Source of the DNA: Dehalococcoidia bacterium
GTDB taxonomy: Bacteria; Chloroflexota; Dehalococcoidia; Lucifugimonadales; Australimonadaceae
DNA: 64,000 nt
Assembly: GCA_022820645.1 (NCBI GenBank)
Contig: JAJEFD010000002.1
Coordinates: forward strand, 327,796-391,795
Reading direction: 5' to 3'
Shown here piece by piece: positions 16,675 through 26,452 of this stretch. Position numbers and translations under genes: made by a program. Numbering within the stretch: position 1 is the first letter of the stretch; each line of letters begins with the position of its first letter. The notes beneath the pieces are model-generated. The model was not told where the DNA came from, did not search any database, and worked only from the letters and a program-made list of their open reading frames with translations.

Positions 16675-17807
16675 CCGTCGAGGGCGTAGAGGCGGGCGCA
16701 GTTGTCCCAGAGCACCTTGCGGCGGGACTCGTCCGGCAGGTCGAGTTCGAAGAACTCGTCCATCGCGTGGGGGAAAGCGCTGTCCGGATGCGGGTAGTCG
16801 GTGGAAATCACCATGATGTCGTTGCCGTAGCGCTCCATCACGTCGGCCGCCAACTCTTCGTCCGCTTCCATGGAGAGGACGCATTGCCGCAGGAAGTACT
16901 CGCTCGGCTGCAAAGAGAGGTCGGTCTCCACGTACTTGGCGTACTGGTCGTCCAGGCGGTAGAGGAGCCAGGGGAGCCAGCCGCAGTTGGCCTCCAGGAA
17001 CGCGACGCGCAGCGCTGGGTGGCGCTCCAGCACGCCGGTCATCGTGAGGCCGGCCATCGCCCCCATGATCTGCGTGGGGAAGCTGAGGGCATGTGTCATC
17101 GTGCGCGGCGACGGGTGCCGCAGGAACTTGCGGCTGATGTCCTCGCGGCCCGGCGCGGTGGACGTGCCGTGCAGGCAGACCGCGGCCCCGAGCCGCTCCA
17201 CCTCGGTCCAGAGCGGCTCCACCTCCTCGTCGTAGAGCAGGCGGCCGTTGACCGGCTCCGTGTGGACGGTGACGCCCACGAAGCCCAGCTCCGTCACCGC
17301 GCGGCGCGCTTCCTCGATGGCGAGGTCGAGCGCCTGCAGCGGCAGGAGCGCGATGCCCTTCAGCCGGTCGGGGTCGGTGGCGCAGTAGTCGCGCATCCAG
17401 TTGTTGTAGGCACGGCAGAGCGCTGCGGCGTAGTCGGGTTCGAGGTCGTCCAGCCCGACGATCCACGTGCCGCCGTTGGTGCGGAAGAGCGCGGCGACAT
17501 CCACGCCCTCGATGTCCATCGCCTCGAGGGTGGTCGCGGCGTCGAACCCGTGCTCGAACGCCTTGACCTGGAACGGCGTGCGCTCCTTCTTCGTCTTCAG
17601 CAGCGCGTTCGCCTTTGCGAACTCCGGCCACTCGTTCCAGAGCGGGAACGGCCTGCCGTCGATCACCCACGTGTCGACGCCGGTGACGTCGCTGCGCTGC
17701 ATGACGGGCATGCGCGAGCGGAAGGGCGCTTCGAGATAGTCCTCGAAGAGGCTCGCCGGTTCGATGACGTGGATATCGCTGTCGAGGACCTTGAACCCGT
17801 TCTTCAT
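16671..17807 (-). CDS. Amidohydrolase-2 (ACMSD/LigW-like) family metal-dependent hydrolase/decarboxylase
   Basis: VLDSDIHVIEP N-terminal metal motif and ISTDYPHPD near the C-terminus. Convergent 4-nt overlap with the upstream gene. Confidence 0.7.
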   Translation of the reverse strand: MKNGFKVLDSDIHVIEPASLFEDYLEAPFRSRMPVMQRSDVTGVDTWVIDGRPFPLWNEWPEFAKANALLKTKKERTPFQVKAFEHGFDAATTLEAMDIEGVDVAALFRTNGGTWIVGLDDLEPDYAAALCRAYNNWMRDYCATDPDRLKGIALLPLQALDLAIEEARRAVTELGFVGVTVHTEPVNGRLLYDEEVEPLWTEVERLGAAVCLHGTSTAPGREDISRKFLRHPSPRTMTHALSFPTQIMGAMAGLTMTGVLERHPALRVAFLEANCGWLPWLLYRLDDQYAKYVETDLSLQPSEYFLRQCVLSMEADEELAADVMERYGNDIMVISTDYPHPDSAFPHAMDEFFELDLPDESRRKVLWDNCARLYALDG

Positions 17808-17884
17808 GGCACGTTCTTTCTACCGGAACCGGCGCGCGGCGGTCAATGCGGCGGCGGCAGGCGGATGGTAGGCTTCCGCGCGTT

Positions 17885-19363
17885 ATGCCGCCCGTGATAC
17901 TCGTGCTCGACCTCGGCAGCAGCCGCCTGCGGTGCGCGCTCGTCGCGCTCGACGGCGGTACGCCGCTGGAGATTGCGCGCGCGCCCTACCCCGTCACCAA
18001 CGACCGTGCCGGAACGCTGGCGCATGCCTACAACCCACGGCTGCTCCGGGGGCATCTGCTGCGCGTGCTGGCGCAGGGAGCGCAGGCCGCAGGGCCACGC
18101 AACGTGGCGGCAGTCGCCGTGACGGGGCAGCGGCTGGCAACGTGCTTCTTCGACACGGACCTGGAGACGCTGAGCGCGGGCGCGAACAACGATACCCGCG
18201 CGGTCTTCCAGGGCGGCGCCATGGACGACGCCCACGGCGCGCTCATCCACCGGACGACGGGCCATCTGCCCTCCATGCTGTTCGCGCCGGCCAAGTACGC
18301 GTGGTGGCGGGAGAGCCGACCGCGCACGGCACGGCGCATCGCAAAGACGGCGGGGCTCGACGCCTGGGCCGCGCTCCAACTGACCGAAACGCTCGCCGAA
18401 ACGAGGCCGGGACTCGGGGAAGCCGGACTGCTGGACGTGGCGTCCGGTGAGCCCGCCGGGGCGCTGCTGGAACGGCTGGGCGTACCGCTCGACCTGCTGC
18501 CGGACGTGCTGCCGCCGGACGCCCCAGTGGGGCAACTGACGGCAGAGGCCGCCGAGGCGACCGGGCTGCCGCACACGACGCCGGTCCACCTTGCGGGGCC
18601 GGACTCGCACGCCGCGGCGGTCGGCTGCGGAGCGGCGTCGGAGGGCGCGGCGGCCTGCGCCGCCGGGTGGAGCGCGCCGGTGCAGGTGACGACAGCATCA
18701 CCCGCCTTCGATCCGCAGGCGCGGACGTGGACGTCGCTGCACGGCGTCCACGGCAGGTGGACGGTGGAGGCGCACCCCGGCGAGACCGGACGGATGCTCG
18801 ACGCCGCGCGGCGGCTGATCGCGCCCCGTGCATCGCTCGCACGGTTCGACGCACTGGCTCGGTCGGCCTTCGAGAGCGGGCGTCCCGTTGCCGCGTTCCT
18901 CGGCCCGCGCGCCATCGATCTCTCCGATCCCGGCATCACCATGGGCGGCGTGCTGCTGCCCGTGCCCATCACGCAGGAAGGGCTGAACGCCGCCGACGTC
19001 GCCCGCGCCGCGTACGAGAATGCCGCGTTTGCCATGCGGGAAAGCATTGCGCTTGCGCGCAGCGTCGCGGGCACGGAGCCGGGGACATTCGCGCTCAGCG
19101 GCGGATTGGCGGAGGGCGCCGTCTTCCCGCAACTGCTGGCCGACGTGCTGGGCGAGCCGGTGCGCGTGCACCGCAATGCGACCGCGACCGGCGCGGCGGC
19201 GCTGGCGTCCACGCCCGCGAGCGAACTCGCGGCACGCTGCGCCGACCTCGCCGCGAACGGGACGAGCGTCGAGCCCGGCCCGCGCTCGCGGGAATGCGGG
19301 GAGTCGTACGAGCGGTGGCTGCGCATCCGCGAGCGGCTGGACGCGTTGACGGAGGAGCTGTAG
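17885..19363 (+). CDS. FGGY-family carbohydrate kinase
   Basis: VILVLDLGSSRLRCAL N-terminal phosphate-1 motif, about 490 aa, two-domain layout. An alternative ATG exists at 17846. Confidence 0.6.
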   Translation: MPPVILVLDLGSSRLRCALVALDGGTPLEIARAPYPVTNDRAGTLAHAYNPRLLRGHLLRVLAQGAQAAGPRNVAAVAVTGQRLATCFFDTDLETLSAGANNDTRAVFQGGAMDDAHGALIHRTTGHLPSMLFAPAKYAWWRESRPRTARRIAKTAGLDAWAALQLTETLAETRPGLGEAGLLDVASGEPAGALLERLGVPLDLLPDVLPPDAPVGQLTAEAAEATGLPHTTPVHLAGPDSHAAAVGCGAASEGAAACAAGWSAPVQVTTASPAFDPQARTWTSLHGVHGRWTVEAHPGETGRMLDAARRLIAPRASLARFDALARSAFESGRPVAAFLGPRAIDLSDPGITMGGVLLPVPITQEGLNAADVARAAYENAAFAMRESIALARSVAGTEPGTFALSGGLAEGAVFPQLLADVLGEPVRVHRNATATGAAALASTPASELAARCADLAANGTSVEPGPRSRECGESYERWLRIRERLDALTEEL

Positions 19364-19416
19364 GGGTTCACCCTCTCCCGCCGCTCTGCGGCGACCTCTC
19401 CCCTCAAGGGAGAGGG
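19364..19416 (+). repeat. REP-like element (D-H1-H2)
   Basis: GGGTTCACCCTC, then hairpins CGCCGC/GCGGCG and CCTCTCCC/GGGAGAGG. Starts immediately after the stop codon. Confidence 0.8.
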
Positions 19417-19447
19417 GATTCGCGCCTCCCACACCGGCGGTGTGCGC

Positions 19448-19456
19448 TGGTATCCT
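19448..19456 (+). promoter_or_regulatory. Candidate extended -10 (TGGTATCCT) 9 nt before the ATG, suggesting a leaderless transcript
   Basis: No Shine-Dalgarno between this element and the ATG at 19466. Confidence 0.3.
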
Positions 19457-19465
19457 TAATCCGCA

Positions 19466-20134
19466 ATGAACACGAACGGAACGACATACGAGCAGTTGCG
19501 TCTCGAGGTGGTCGAGAGCGCGCGGGCGATGCACCGCAGCGGCCTCGTCGTGGGGTCGTCCGGCAACGTGAGCGCGCGCGTGCGCGGCGAGGAGTTGCTC
19601 GCCATCACGACGGCGGGCAAGGACTACGAGACGATGGGGCTCGACGAGGTCGTCGTCACCGACTTCGAGGGCGACGCCGTCGAGGGCGACGGGCTGCCGT
19701 CGACCGAGATGCTGATGCACGTCGCCATCTACCGCGCCCGCCCGGACGTCCGCGCGGTCATGCACACGCACTCGGTCTACGCAAGCGCCCTTGCGGTGGC
19801 CGGAGAACCGCTCCCGCCCCTGATCGACGAGATGGTCATTGTGCTGGGCGACAGCATCCAGGTGTCCGACTACGCGTTCCCAGCCACGGAGGAATTGGGC
19901 GACGCGGTCGTTGCGGCGCTCGGTGAACGGAACGCGGCCCTCATCCGGAACCACGGGCTCGTTGGCGTCGGAAGCAACCTCGCGGAGGCGCTGCACGTCT
20001 GCCAGCTGGCAGAGCACATCGCACATATCTACGCAGCGGCGAAGACGCTCGGCACGCCCAAGCCGTTGCCGGAAGAAGCTATCGCTACTGAAACCGCGCT
20101 CTTCCGCATGAGCCGAAAGGTGGAGAGCGCATGA
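19466..20134 (+). CDS. Class II aldolase/adducin family protein (fuculose-phosphate aldolase / ribulose-5-P epimerase-like)
   Basis: GSSGNVSAR and MHTHS metal-binding motifs. Confidence 0.8.
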   Translation: MNTNGTTYEQLRLEVVESARAMHRSGLVVGSSGNVSARVRGEELLAITTAGKDYETMGLDEVVVTDFEGDAVEGDGLPSTEMLMHVAIYRARPDVRAVMHTHSVYASALAVAGEPLPPLIDEMVIVLGDSIQVSDYAFPATEELGDAVVAALGERNAALIRNHGLVGVGSNLAEALHVCQLAEHIAHIYAAAKTLGTPKPLPEEAIATETALFRMSRKVESA

Positions 20135-20514
20135 AGGTCCCCCCGTTCCTGCTCCGCAGGCTATACGTGAAGGGCAGTCTCACCACGACGACTGACGGCT
20201 TCACGTTCCAGTTGCAGAACAAGCTGGGCTCCGGCTACGCGAAGCGCATGCTGCCGCTGACGCTTGACGGCGAGCCGCTGGACCTGGCGGCGTCCACGTT
20301 CGAGATCGACGGCGAGGAGACCGCCTTCGACGCGGTGTCCGAGAGCGTGCCGTTCACACTCGCGATGAACAAGACGACGACCATCTCCTACCGCGGCGGG
20401 GCAGTCGCGCCGGGGCCGCACAAGGTAGGTCTGGGGTTCGAGGTCGCGGGGCTCGGGGAGCTGGGCTTCGACTTCTCCGACGAGGCTGCCCCGACGGAGC
20501 ACGGTGCGGGGTGA
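20131..20514 (+). CDS. Hypothetical protein, 127 aa
   Basis: ATGA overlap with the upstream aldolase and GTGA overlap with the downstream epimerase argue that it is translated. No motif recognised. Confidence 0.5.
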   Translation: MKVPPFLLRRLYVKGSLTTTTDGFTFQLQNKLGSGYAKRMLPLTLDGEPLDLAASTFEIDGEETAFDAVSESVPFTLAMNKTTTISYRGGAVAPGPHKVGLGFEVAGLGELGFDFSDEAAPTEHGAG

Positions 20515-21449
20515 GCACGCCGCGCGCCGTGGCTGTCACCGGCGCGTCAGGCTACATCGGCACGCGCCTCGTGCGGCGCCTGCTCGAAACGCGGGACATC
20601 GAGCGCATCACAGGCGTGGACGTGCTCCCCGCCACCATAGAGCACGAGCGCTACACGCACATCCAGCAGGACATGACCGAGCCGCTCGAGGACGCGTTCG
20701 CGGGGGCGGAGGCGGTCGTGCACCTGGCGTTCGTACTGCGGCAGCTCCGCAAGCGCACTGAGGGCAGGCGGATCAACGTGGGCGGCGCCGAGAACGTGCT
20801 GCGCGCCTGCGCGAACGCGGGCGTGGGGCGCATCGTTCTCATGTCGAGCGCGACCGTCTACGGTCCGCGCCGCGACAATCCTGTCGCGTTGACCGAGGAT
20901 GCCCCTATCCGCCCTCCAAGGAGGTTCGCCTACGCGGAGGACAAGGCCGCGTGCGAGGCGCTCTTCCAGGCGTTCGCCGGGGAGCATCCGGAGGCGTGCG
21001 TCTCCATCCTGCGCAGTTGCGTCGTGATGGGGCCGAACGCGGCGAACTTCATCACCGTCGCGCTGGACAAGCCGCTGCTCATCGGAGTCCGGGGCGAAGA
21101 CCCGCGGATGCAGTTCATCCACGAGGACGACCTCGCGGAGGTGCTGGTGAAGTTCGCTACGGAGCCGCACCCGGGCGTGTTCAACGTAGGAGGGGCCGGC
21201 AGCGTGCGTTGGAGCGAAGCCGTGTCGCTTGCGGGGAAGCGATTGGTCCGGCTCCCGGGTCCGCTCGCCTCGGCACTGACGGAGCTGGCGTGGCGCACCC
21301 ATCTACAGAACGACTCGCCATCGTCCGGGCTGGGCTTCATCCGGTGGCCGTGGACGGTGAGCATGGAGAAGCTGACCTCAGAGACACGCTTCATGTGCAG
21401 GCACACCTCACGCGAGGCGCTGGAGGCGTACCTGAACCGGGACGCGTGA
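20511..21449 (+). CDS. NAD-dependent epimerase/dehydratase (extended SDR)
   Basis: VAVTGASGYIGTRLVRRL Rossmann motif and a YAEDKAACE-type YxxxK. Confidence 0.8.
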   Translation: MSTPRAVAVTGASGYIGTRLVRRLLETRDIERITGVDVLPATIEHERYTHIQQDMTEPLEDAFAGAEAVVHLAFVLRQLRKRTEGRRINVGGAENVLRACANAGVGRIVLMSSATVYGPRRDNPVALTEDAPIRPPRRFAYAEDKAACEALFQAFAGEHPEACVSILRSCVVMGPNAANFITVALDKPLLIGVRGEDPRMQFIHEDDLAEVLVKFATEPHPGVFNVGGAGSVRWSEAVSLAGKRLVRLPGPLASALTELAWRTHLQNDSPSSGLGFIRWPWTVSMEKLTSETRFMCRHTSREALEAYLNRDA

Positions 21450-21489
21450 GCGTGGCGTCCTTGACAGGAGAGGGTCGCGGCCATAGCCT

Positions 21490-21514
21490 ATTGTTGACTC
21501 CCGTAGTCGACAAT
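21490..21514. promoter_or_regulatory. 25-nt palindrome ATTGTTGACT-N5-AGTCGACAAT, candidate operator upstream of the suf operon
   Basis: 9 of 10 arm positions are complementary. Overlaps a TTGACT hexamer. A TTGACA lies at 21461..21466. Confidence 0.3.
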
Positions 21515-21515
21515 A

Positions 21516-21619
21516 CATCTCCGAGAGATGCTTCAGCCCGCTCAGCATGACATCCCGTCCCCATACCCCACCGCGCGACCTGACGGTCGCCCTGGATTCC
21601 CGCTTCCGCGGGAATGACG
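21516..21619. repeat. REP-like modules (E reversed, H3 forward) between the palindrome and sufB
   Basis: CATCTCCGAGAGATGCTTCAGCCCGCTCAGCATGACAT at 21516..21553. TGGATTCCCGCTTCCGCGGGAATGACG at 21593..21619. Confidence 0.75.
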
Positions 21620-21632
21620 AGCGTTTACAGCA

Positions 21633-23084
21633 ATGACAAACCGCACCGTCCAAGAACTCGCCGAGCAGTCCTATAAGTACGGGTGGACTACCGAGGTAGA
21701 GGAGGAGTCCGCACCGCCCGGCCTCAGTGAGGAGATCGTGCGGTGGATATCGGAGCGCAAGGGCGAGCCGGAGTGGCTGCTGGAGTGGCGGCTGAAGGCG
21801 TATCACCACTTCATGCGTTTGCTGGGCGACGCGCAACTCCCCGCCTGGGCGAACGTCACTCACCCGCCCATCGACTTCCAGGCGATACGCTACTACGCCG
21901 CGCCGAAGCCGAAGCTGGAACTCGAGAGCCTCGACCAGGTCGACGCCGAGATCCTGAAGACGTACGAGAGGCTGGGCATCCCGCTGGAGGAGCAGAAGCG
22001 GCTCGCGGGCGTGGCGGTCGACGCCATCTTCGACAGCGTGAGCGTCATGACCACGGCAAAGGAGACGCTGGCGAAGTACGGCGTCATCTTCTCGTCGGTA
22101 TCGGAGGCGGTGAAGGAGCACCCGGAGCTCGTGCGCAAGTACCTCGGCTCCGTCGTGCCGCACTCGGACAACTTCTACGCGGCGCTGAACTCGGCGGTCT
22201 TCTCGGACGGCTCGTTCGTCTACATCCCGCCGGGCGTCCGCTGTCCGCTGGAGCTGTCGACGTACTTCCGCATCAACGCGGAGGGGTCGGGGCAGTTCGA
22301 GCGCACGCTCATCATCGCGGACAAGGGCTCGTACGTCAGCTACCTCGAGGGCTGCTCCGCGCCGATGCGGGACGAGAACCAGCTGCACGCGGCGGTCGTT
22401 GAACTCGTCGCGCTGGACGACGCGGAGATCAAGTACTCGACGATCCAGAACTGGTACCCCGGCGATGACAACGGCAAGGGCGGCATCTACAACTTCGTCA
22501 CGAAGCGCGGGAAGTGCGCGGGCGACCGGTCGCGCATCTCGTGGACGCAGGTGGAGACGGGCTCCGCCATCACGTGGAAGTACCCGAGCGTGCTGCTGCA
22601 GGGCGACCACTCGACCGGCGAGTTCTACTCGGTCGCGCTCGCGAAGGGACGCCAGCAGGCGGACACCGGCACGAAGATGACCCACATCGGGAAGAACACG
22701 TCCAGCCGCATCATCTCCAAGGGCATCTCCGCGGGCCACGGCAACAACACCTACCGGGGGCTCGTGAAGGTGCTGCCGAAGGCGGAGGGCGCGGTCAACT
22801 TCACGCAGTGCGACTCGCTGCTCATCGGCGACCAGTGCGGCGCACACACGGTGCCGTACATCGAGGTGCAGAACCGCTCCGCGAGCGTGGAGCACGAGGC
22901 GTCCACGACGAAGGTGAGCGAGGAGCAATTGTTCTACTGCCAGCAGCGCGGGCTCGCGCGCGAGGACGCGCAGTCCGTCATCGTCAACGGCTTCGTGCGG
23001 GACGTCGTGAAGCGGCTGCCGCTGGAGTTCGCGGTCGAGGCGGACCGCTTACTCGAAGTCAACCTGGAGGGGACGGTCGGCTGA
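21633..23084 (+). CDS. sufB: Fe-S cluster assembly scaffold SufB
   Basis: Characteristic sequence throughout ([34 protein letters not shown]) and operon context. Confidence 0.95.
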   Translation: MTNRTVQELAEQSYKYGWTTEVEEESAPPGLSEEIVRWISERKGEPEWLLEWRLKAYHHFMRLLGDAQLPAWANVTHPPIDFQAIRYYAAPKPKLELESLDQVDAEILKTYERLGIPLEEQKRLAGVAVDAIFDSVSVMTTAKETLAKYGVIFSSVSEAVKEHPELVRKYLGSVVPHSDNFYAALNSAVFSDGSFVYIPPGVRCPLELSTYFRINAEGSGQFERTLIIADKGSYVSYLEGCSAPMRDENQLHAAVVELVALDDAEIKYSTIQNWYPGDDNGKGGIYNFVTKRGKCAGDRSRISWTQVETGSAITWKYPSVLLQGDHSTGEFYSVALAKGRQQADTGTKMTHIGKNTSSRIISKGISAGHGNNTYRGLVKVLPKAEGAVNFTQCDSLLIGDQCGAHTVPYIEVQNRSASVEHEASTTKVSEEQLFYCQQRGLAREDAQSVIVNGFVRDVVKRLPLEFAVEADRLLEVNLEGTVG

Positions 23085-23836
23085 TGCTCGAAGTAAGAGA
23101 CCTGCACGCCGAGGTGAACGGCGTCGAGATACTGAAGGGCGTCGACCTGAGCGTCGGCGTGGACGAGACGCACGCCATCATGGGGCCGAACGGCTCAGGC
23201 AAGAGCACGCTCGCGTACGTGCTCGCGGGGCGTCCGGGCTACGAGGTCACCGCAGGCAGCGTGACGTTCGACGGCGATGACCTGCTCGCGCTGCCGGCGG
23301 AAGAGCGGGCCCGCAGGGGACTGTTCCTCTCGTTCCAGCACCCGGTGGAGATACCCGGCGTGCGGATGGACCACTTCCTGCGCGCGGGCTACAACGAACT
23401 GCGCAAGAACGCAGGCGAGGAGCAGCTCGACCCGCTGAAGTTCGACCGGCTCATCCGCAGCAAGGCGAAGGCCGTCGAGATGGAACCGGCGATGACCAAG
23501 CGCGCGGTCAACGAGGGCTTCTCCGGCGGCGAGAAGAAGCGGAACGAGGTGCTGCAGATGGCGGTGCTGGAGCCGCGCCTGCGCATCCTGGACGAGATCG
23601 ACTCCGGTCTGGACGTGGACGCGCTCCGCGAGGTCGCACGCGGCATCACTGACCTCAGCGTCCCCGGCACGTCCACCATCCTCGTCACCCACTACGACCG
23701 CGTCCTCTCCTACCTCGAACCGGACCACGTCCACGTGCTCATCGACGGCCGCATCGCGCGCTCCGGCGGCAGGGCGCTCGCGAAGGAGATCGAGGAGCGC
23801 GGCTACGACTGGCTCGAGGCCGGAGCAGGCGTCTGA
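23084..23836 (+). CDS. sufC: Fe-S cluster assembly ATPase SufC
   Basis: TGATG overlap with sufB. Walker A GPNGSGKST, signature FSGGEKKRNE, Walker B ILDEIDSGLD. Confidence 0.95.
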   Translation: MLEVRDLHAEVNGVEILKGVDLSVGVDETHAIMGPNGSGKSTLAYVLAGRPGYEVTAGSVTFDGDDLLALPAEERARRGLFLSFQHPVEIPGVRMDHFLRAGYNELRKNAGEEQLDPLKFDRLIRSKAKAVEMEPAMTKRAVNEGFSGGEKKRNEVLQMAVLEPRLRILDEIDSGLDVDALREVARGITDLSVPGTSTILVTHYDRVLSYLEPDHVHVLIDGRIARSGGRALAKEIEERGYDWLEAGAGV

Positions 23837-23843
23837 CGCTCCG

Positions 23844-25202
23844 ATGACCCAGCACGCAACTGCCACTCCATCCTGGGCCGACCAGTTCCACCGCTTCGAG
23901 CACAACGGCGCGGAGATCAGTCCGGCGTGGCTGCGGGACGTCCGCAAGAGCGCGTTCGGCAACTTCGAGCGCCTCGGCTTCCCGACCGCCCGCAAGGGCA
24001 ACGAGCCGTGGAAGTACACCAACGTCCGCCCGATAGCCGAGGCGGCGTTCACGCTGGCGGAGCACGCGCCGGACGCAGGCATCGACCTGCACGCGTACGA
24101 ACTCCCCTGCCCGCGCGTCCACCAACTCGTGTTCGTGGACGGCCACTACGAGCCGGGACTCTCGACGGAACCGGTCAGCGAGGCCGGGCTGCACAGCGAC
24201 GTGCTCGGACGACACGGCGACGGCCCGGTCGTGGGACGGCTCGCCGACGCCATCGAGTACCGCGTTCCGCTCGTGCGCGAGCAGCTGGGGCGGCTCGCCC
24301 CGGCGGAAGGCAACGCGTTCACCGCGCTCAACACGGCATTCCTGCGCGACGGAGCGTTCGTGCAGATACCGGACGGCACGTTCGTGCCGGAGCCCATCTA
24401 CCTGCTCTTCATCTCCACCGGCGCGCAGGCCGTCGTCACGCACCCTCGCGTACTCATCGCCGCGGGCGCGGACAGCAGCGCGACGGTGCTGCAGAGCTTC
24501 CACAGCCTGGACGGCGGCGCGTACCTCACCAACGCGCTCACGGAGGTCGTCACCTCCCCGGGCGCGAACCTTCGCCTCTGCACCCTCCAGATCGAGAGCG
24601 GCGACGCCTTCCACATCGCCACGACGCGCATGGAGCAGGCGCGCGACAGCCGCGTCTCGTCCGTCGTCGTCGACCTCGGCGGGCAGCTGGTGCGCCGCGA
24701 GACCGCCACACTGCTCGGCGCGTCCGGCGCAGACGTCAACCTCTGCGGTCTGTACTACGGCGCGGGCGAGCGTCACGTGGACAACCAGACGTTCGTGGAC
24801 CACGCGGCGCCCGGTGCGTCGTCCAACGAGGTCTACAAGGGCATCCTGGACGATTCCTCTCACGGCGTGTTCTCGGGCGGCGTACTCGTGCGGCCGGACT
24901 CGCAGCAGACCGTGGCGCACCAGGTGAACAAGAACCTGCTGCTCTCCTCCGACGCAGAGGTGGACACGCAGCCGAAGCTGGAGATATACGCCGACGACGT
25001 CACCTGTACGCACGGTGCCGCGGTGGGGCAACTCGACGCCGACGCCCTCTTCTACCTCAAGAGCCGGGGCATCGGCGAGGACGTAGCGCGGAACCTGCTG
25101 GTGCACGGGTTCGTGAGCGAGGTGCTGGACGCGATAGAGGACGGGGCGGTGCGGCAGCACGTCGAGCAGGCCGTCGCCGAGTGCCTGAGCGGGAGCCGGT
25201 GA
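23844..25202 (+). CDS. sufD: Fe-S cluster assembly protein SufD
   Basis: Position between sufC and sufS. C-terminal SufB/D beta-helix motifs (THGAAVGQLD, LFYLKSRGI). Confidence 0.9.
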   Translation: MTQHATATPSWADQFHRFEHNGAEISPAWLRDVRKSAFGNFERLGFPTARKGNEPWKYTNVRPIAEAAFTLAEHAPDAGIDLHAYELPCPRVHQLVFVDGHYEPGLSTEPVSEAGLHSDVLGRHGDGPVVGRLADAIEYRVPLVREQLGRLAPAEGNAFTALNTAFLRDGAFVQIPDGTFVPEPIYLLFISTGAQAVVTHPRVLIAAGADSSATVLQSFHSLDGGAYLTNALTEVVTSPGANLRLCTLQIESGDAFHIATTRMEQARDSRVSSVVVDLGGQLVRRETATLLGASGADVNLCGLYYGAGERHVDNQTFVDHAAPGASSNEVYKGILDDSSHGVFSGGVLVRPDSQQTVAHQVNKNLLLSSDAEVDTQPKLEIYADDVTCTHGAAVGQLDADALFYLKSRGIGEDVARNLLVHGFVSEVLDAIEDGAVRQHVEQAVAECLSGSR

Positions 25203-26452
25203 TGTACGACATCGCGCAGGTACGGAAGGACTTTCCCATCCTCGACCGCATGGTCAACGGGGTGCCGCTGGTCTACCTGGACAACGCGGCCACCTCGCAG
25301 AAGCCTGCTTCCGTCATCGCCGCGCTCGTGGACTACTACGAGCAGTACAACGCGAACGTCCATCGCGGCGCGCACACGCTCGCGATGGAAGCGACGATGG
25401 CCTATGAGGAGGCGCGCGAGAAGGTCGCCGCGTTCATCAACGCGCCGTCGCCGGAGAACGTCGTCTTCGTCCGCAACACGACGGAGGCGATCAACCTCGT
25501 GGCGCACACGTGGGCCGCGGAGCGCGTCGGCGCCGGCGACCGCATCGTCACGACGGAGATGGAGCACCACTCCAACCTCGTGCCGTGGCAACACGTCGCG
25601 CGCACGAACGACGCCGAGCTGCGCCTGATGGCCGTCGGCGCGGACTACACGCTCGACCTGTCCGACCTCGACGAGATCCTGAGCCCCAACACGAGGCTGG
25701 TTGCGCTCACGCACATGTCCAACGTGCTCGGCACCATCACGCCGGTGAAGGAGATCACGGAGGCGGCGCACCGCGTGGGCGCGCGCGTGCTGGTCGACGC
25801 TGCGCAGAGCGTCCCGCACATGCCCGTCGACGTGCAGGAGATGGGCTGTGACTTCATGGCATTCTCGGGTCACAAGATGGCGGGGCCCACCGGCATCGGC
25901 GGGCTCTATATCTCGCCCGACGTCATCGAGGAGGTCGAGCCGTTCCTGCGTGGCGGCGAGATGGTGCTGGAGGTGACGTACGAGAGCGCGACGTGGAGCC
26001 GCCCGCCGATGAAGTTCGAGGCCGGCACGCCGAACATCGCGGACGCCATCGCGCTCGGCGCGGCGGTCGACTACCTGAGCGGCCTCGGCATGGAGCAGGT
26101 CCGCGAGCACGAGATAGCGCTCACCGGCTACGCGCTCGAACGCTTCCGCGAACTCGAGGACGTCGAGACATACGGGCCTACCGACCTCTCGGTGCGCGGG
26201 GGCGTCGTCTCCTTCTACATGAGCGGCATCCACCCGCACGACATCAGCCAGGTGCTGGACAGCTTCGGAGTCGCGATACGCGCGGGGCACCACTGCGCGA
26301 TGCCGCTCGTCCGCAGCAAGCTGCATGTCCCCGCAACCGCGCGGGCGAGCTTCTACCTCTACAATACGGAGCAGGAGGTGGACGTGCTCATCTCCGCGCT
26401 CAGGCAGACGATGGAGTATTTCGGCGATGCAGATGCCCGACAGGCTCGATGA
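25202..26452 (+). CDS. sufS: Cysteine desulfurase SufS (group II)
   Basis: LDNAATSQKP, FSGHKMAGPTGIG (PLP Lys) and RAGHHCAMP (catalytic Cys). Start overlaps the sufD stop. Confidence 0.93.
   Translation: MYDIAQVRKDFPILDRMVNGVPLVYLDNAATSQKPASVIAALVDYYEQYNANVHRGAHTLAMEATMAYEEAREKVAAFINAPSPENVVFVRNTTEAINLVAHTWAAERVGAGDRIVTTEMEHHSNLVPWQHVARTNDAELRLMAVGADYTLDLSDLDEILSPNTRLVALTHMSNVLGTITPVKEITEAAHRVGARVLVDAAQSVPHMPVDVQEMGCDFMAFSGHKMAGPTGIGGLYISPDVIEEVEPFLRGGEMVLEVTYESATWSRPPMKFEAGTPNIADAIALGAAVDYLSGLGMEQVREHEIALTGYALERFRELEDVETYGPTDLSVRGGVVSFYMSGIHPHDISQVLDSFGVAIRAGHHCAMPLVRSKLHVPATARASFYLYNTEQEVDVLISALRQTMEYFGDADARQAR

Noticed and set aside
23927-26452. 841-aa ORF spanning sufD and sufS
   Set aside because: Only the last 416 codons (from the ATG at 25202) are SufS. 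The upstream part is an Arg/Gly/Pro/Ala-rich out-of-frame read-through of sufD, typical of high-GC DNA.
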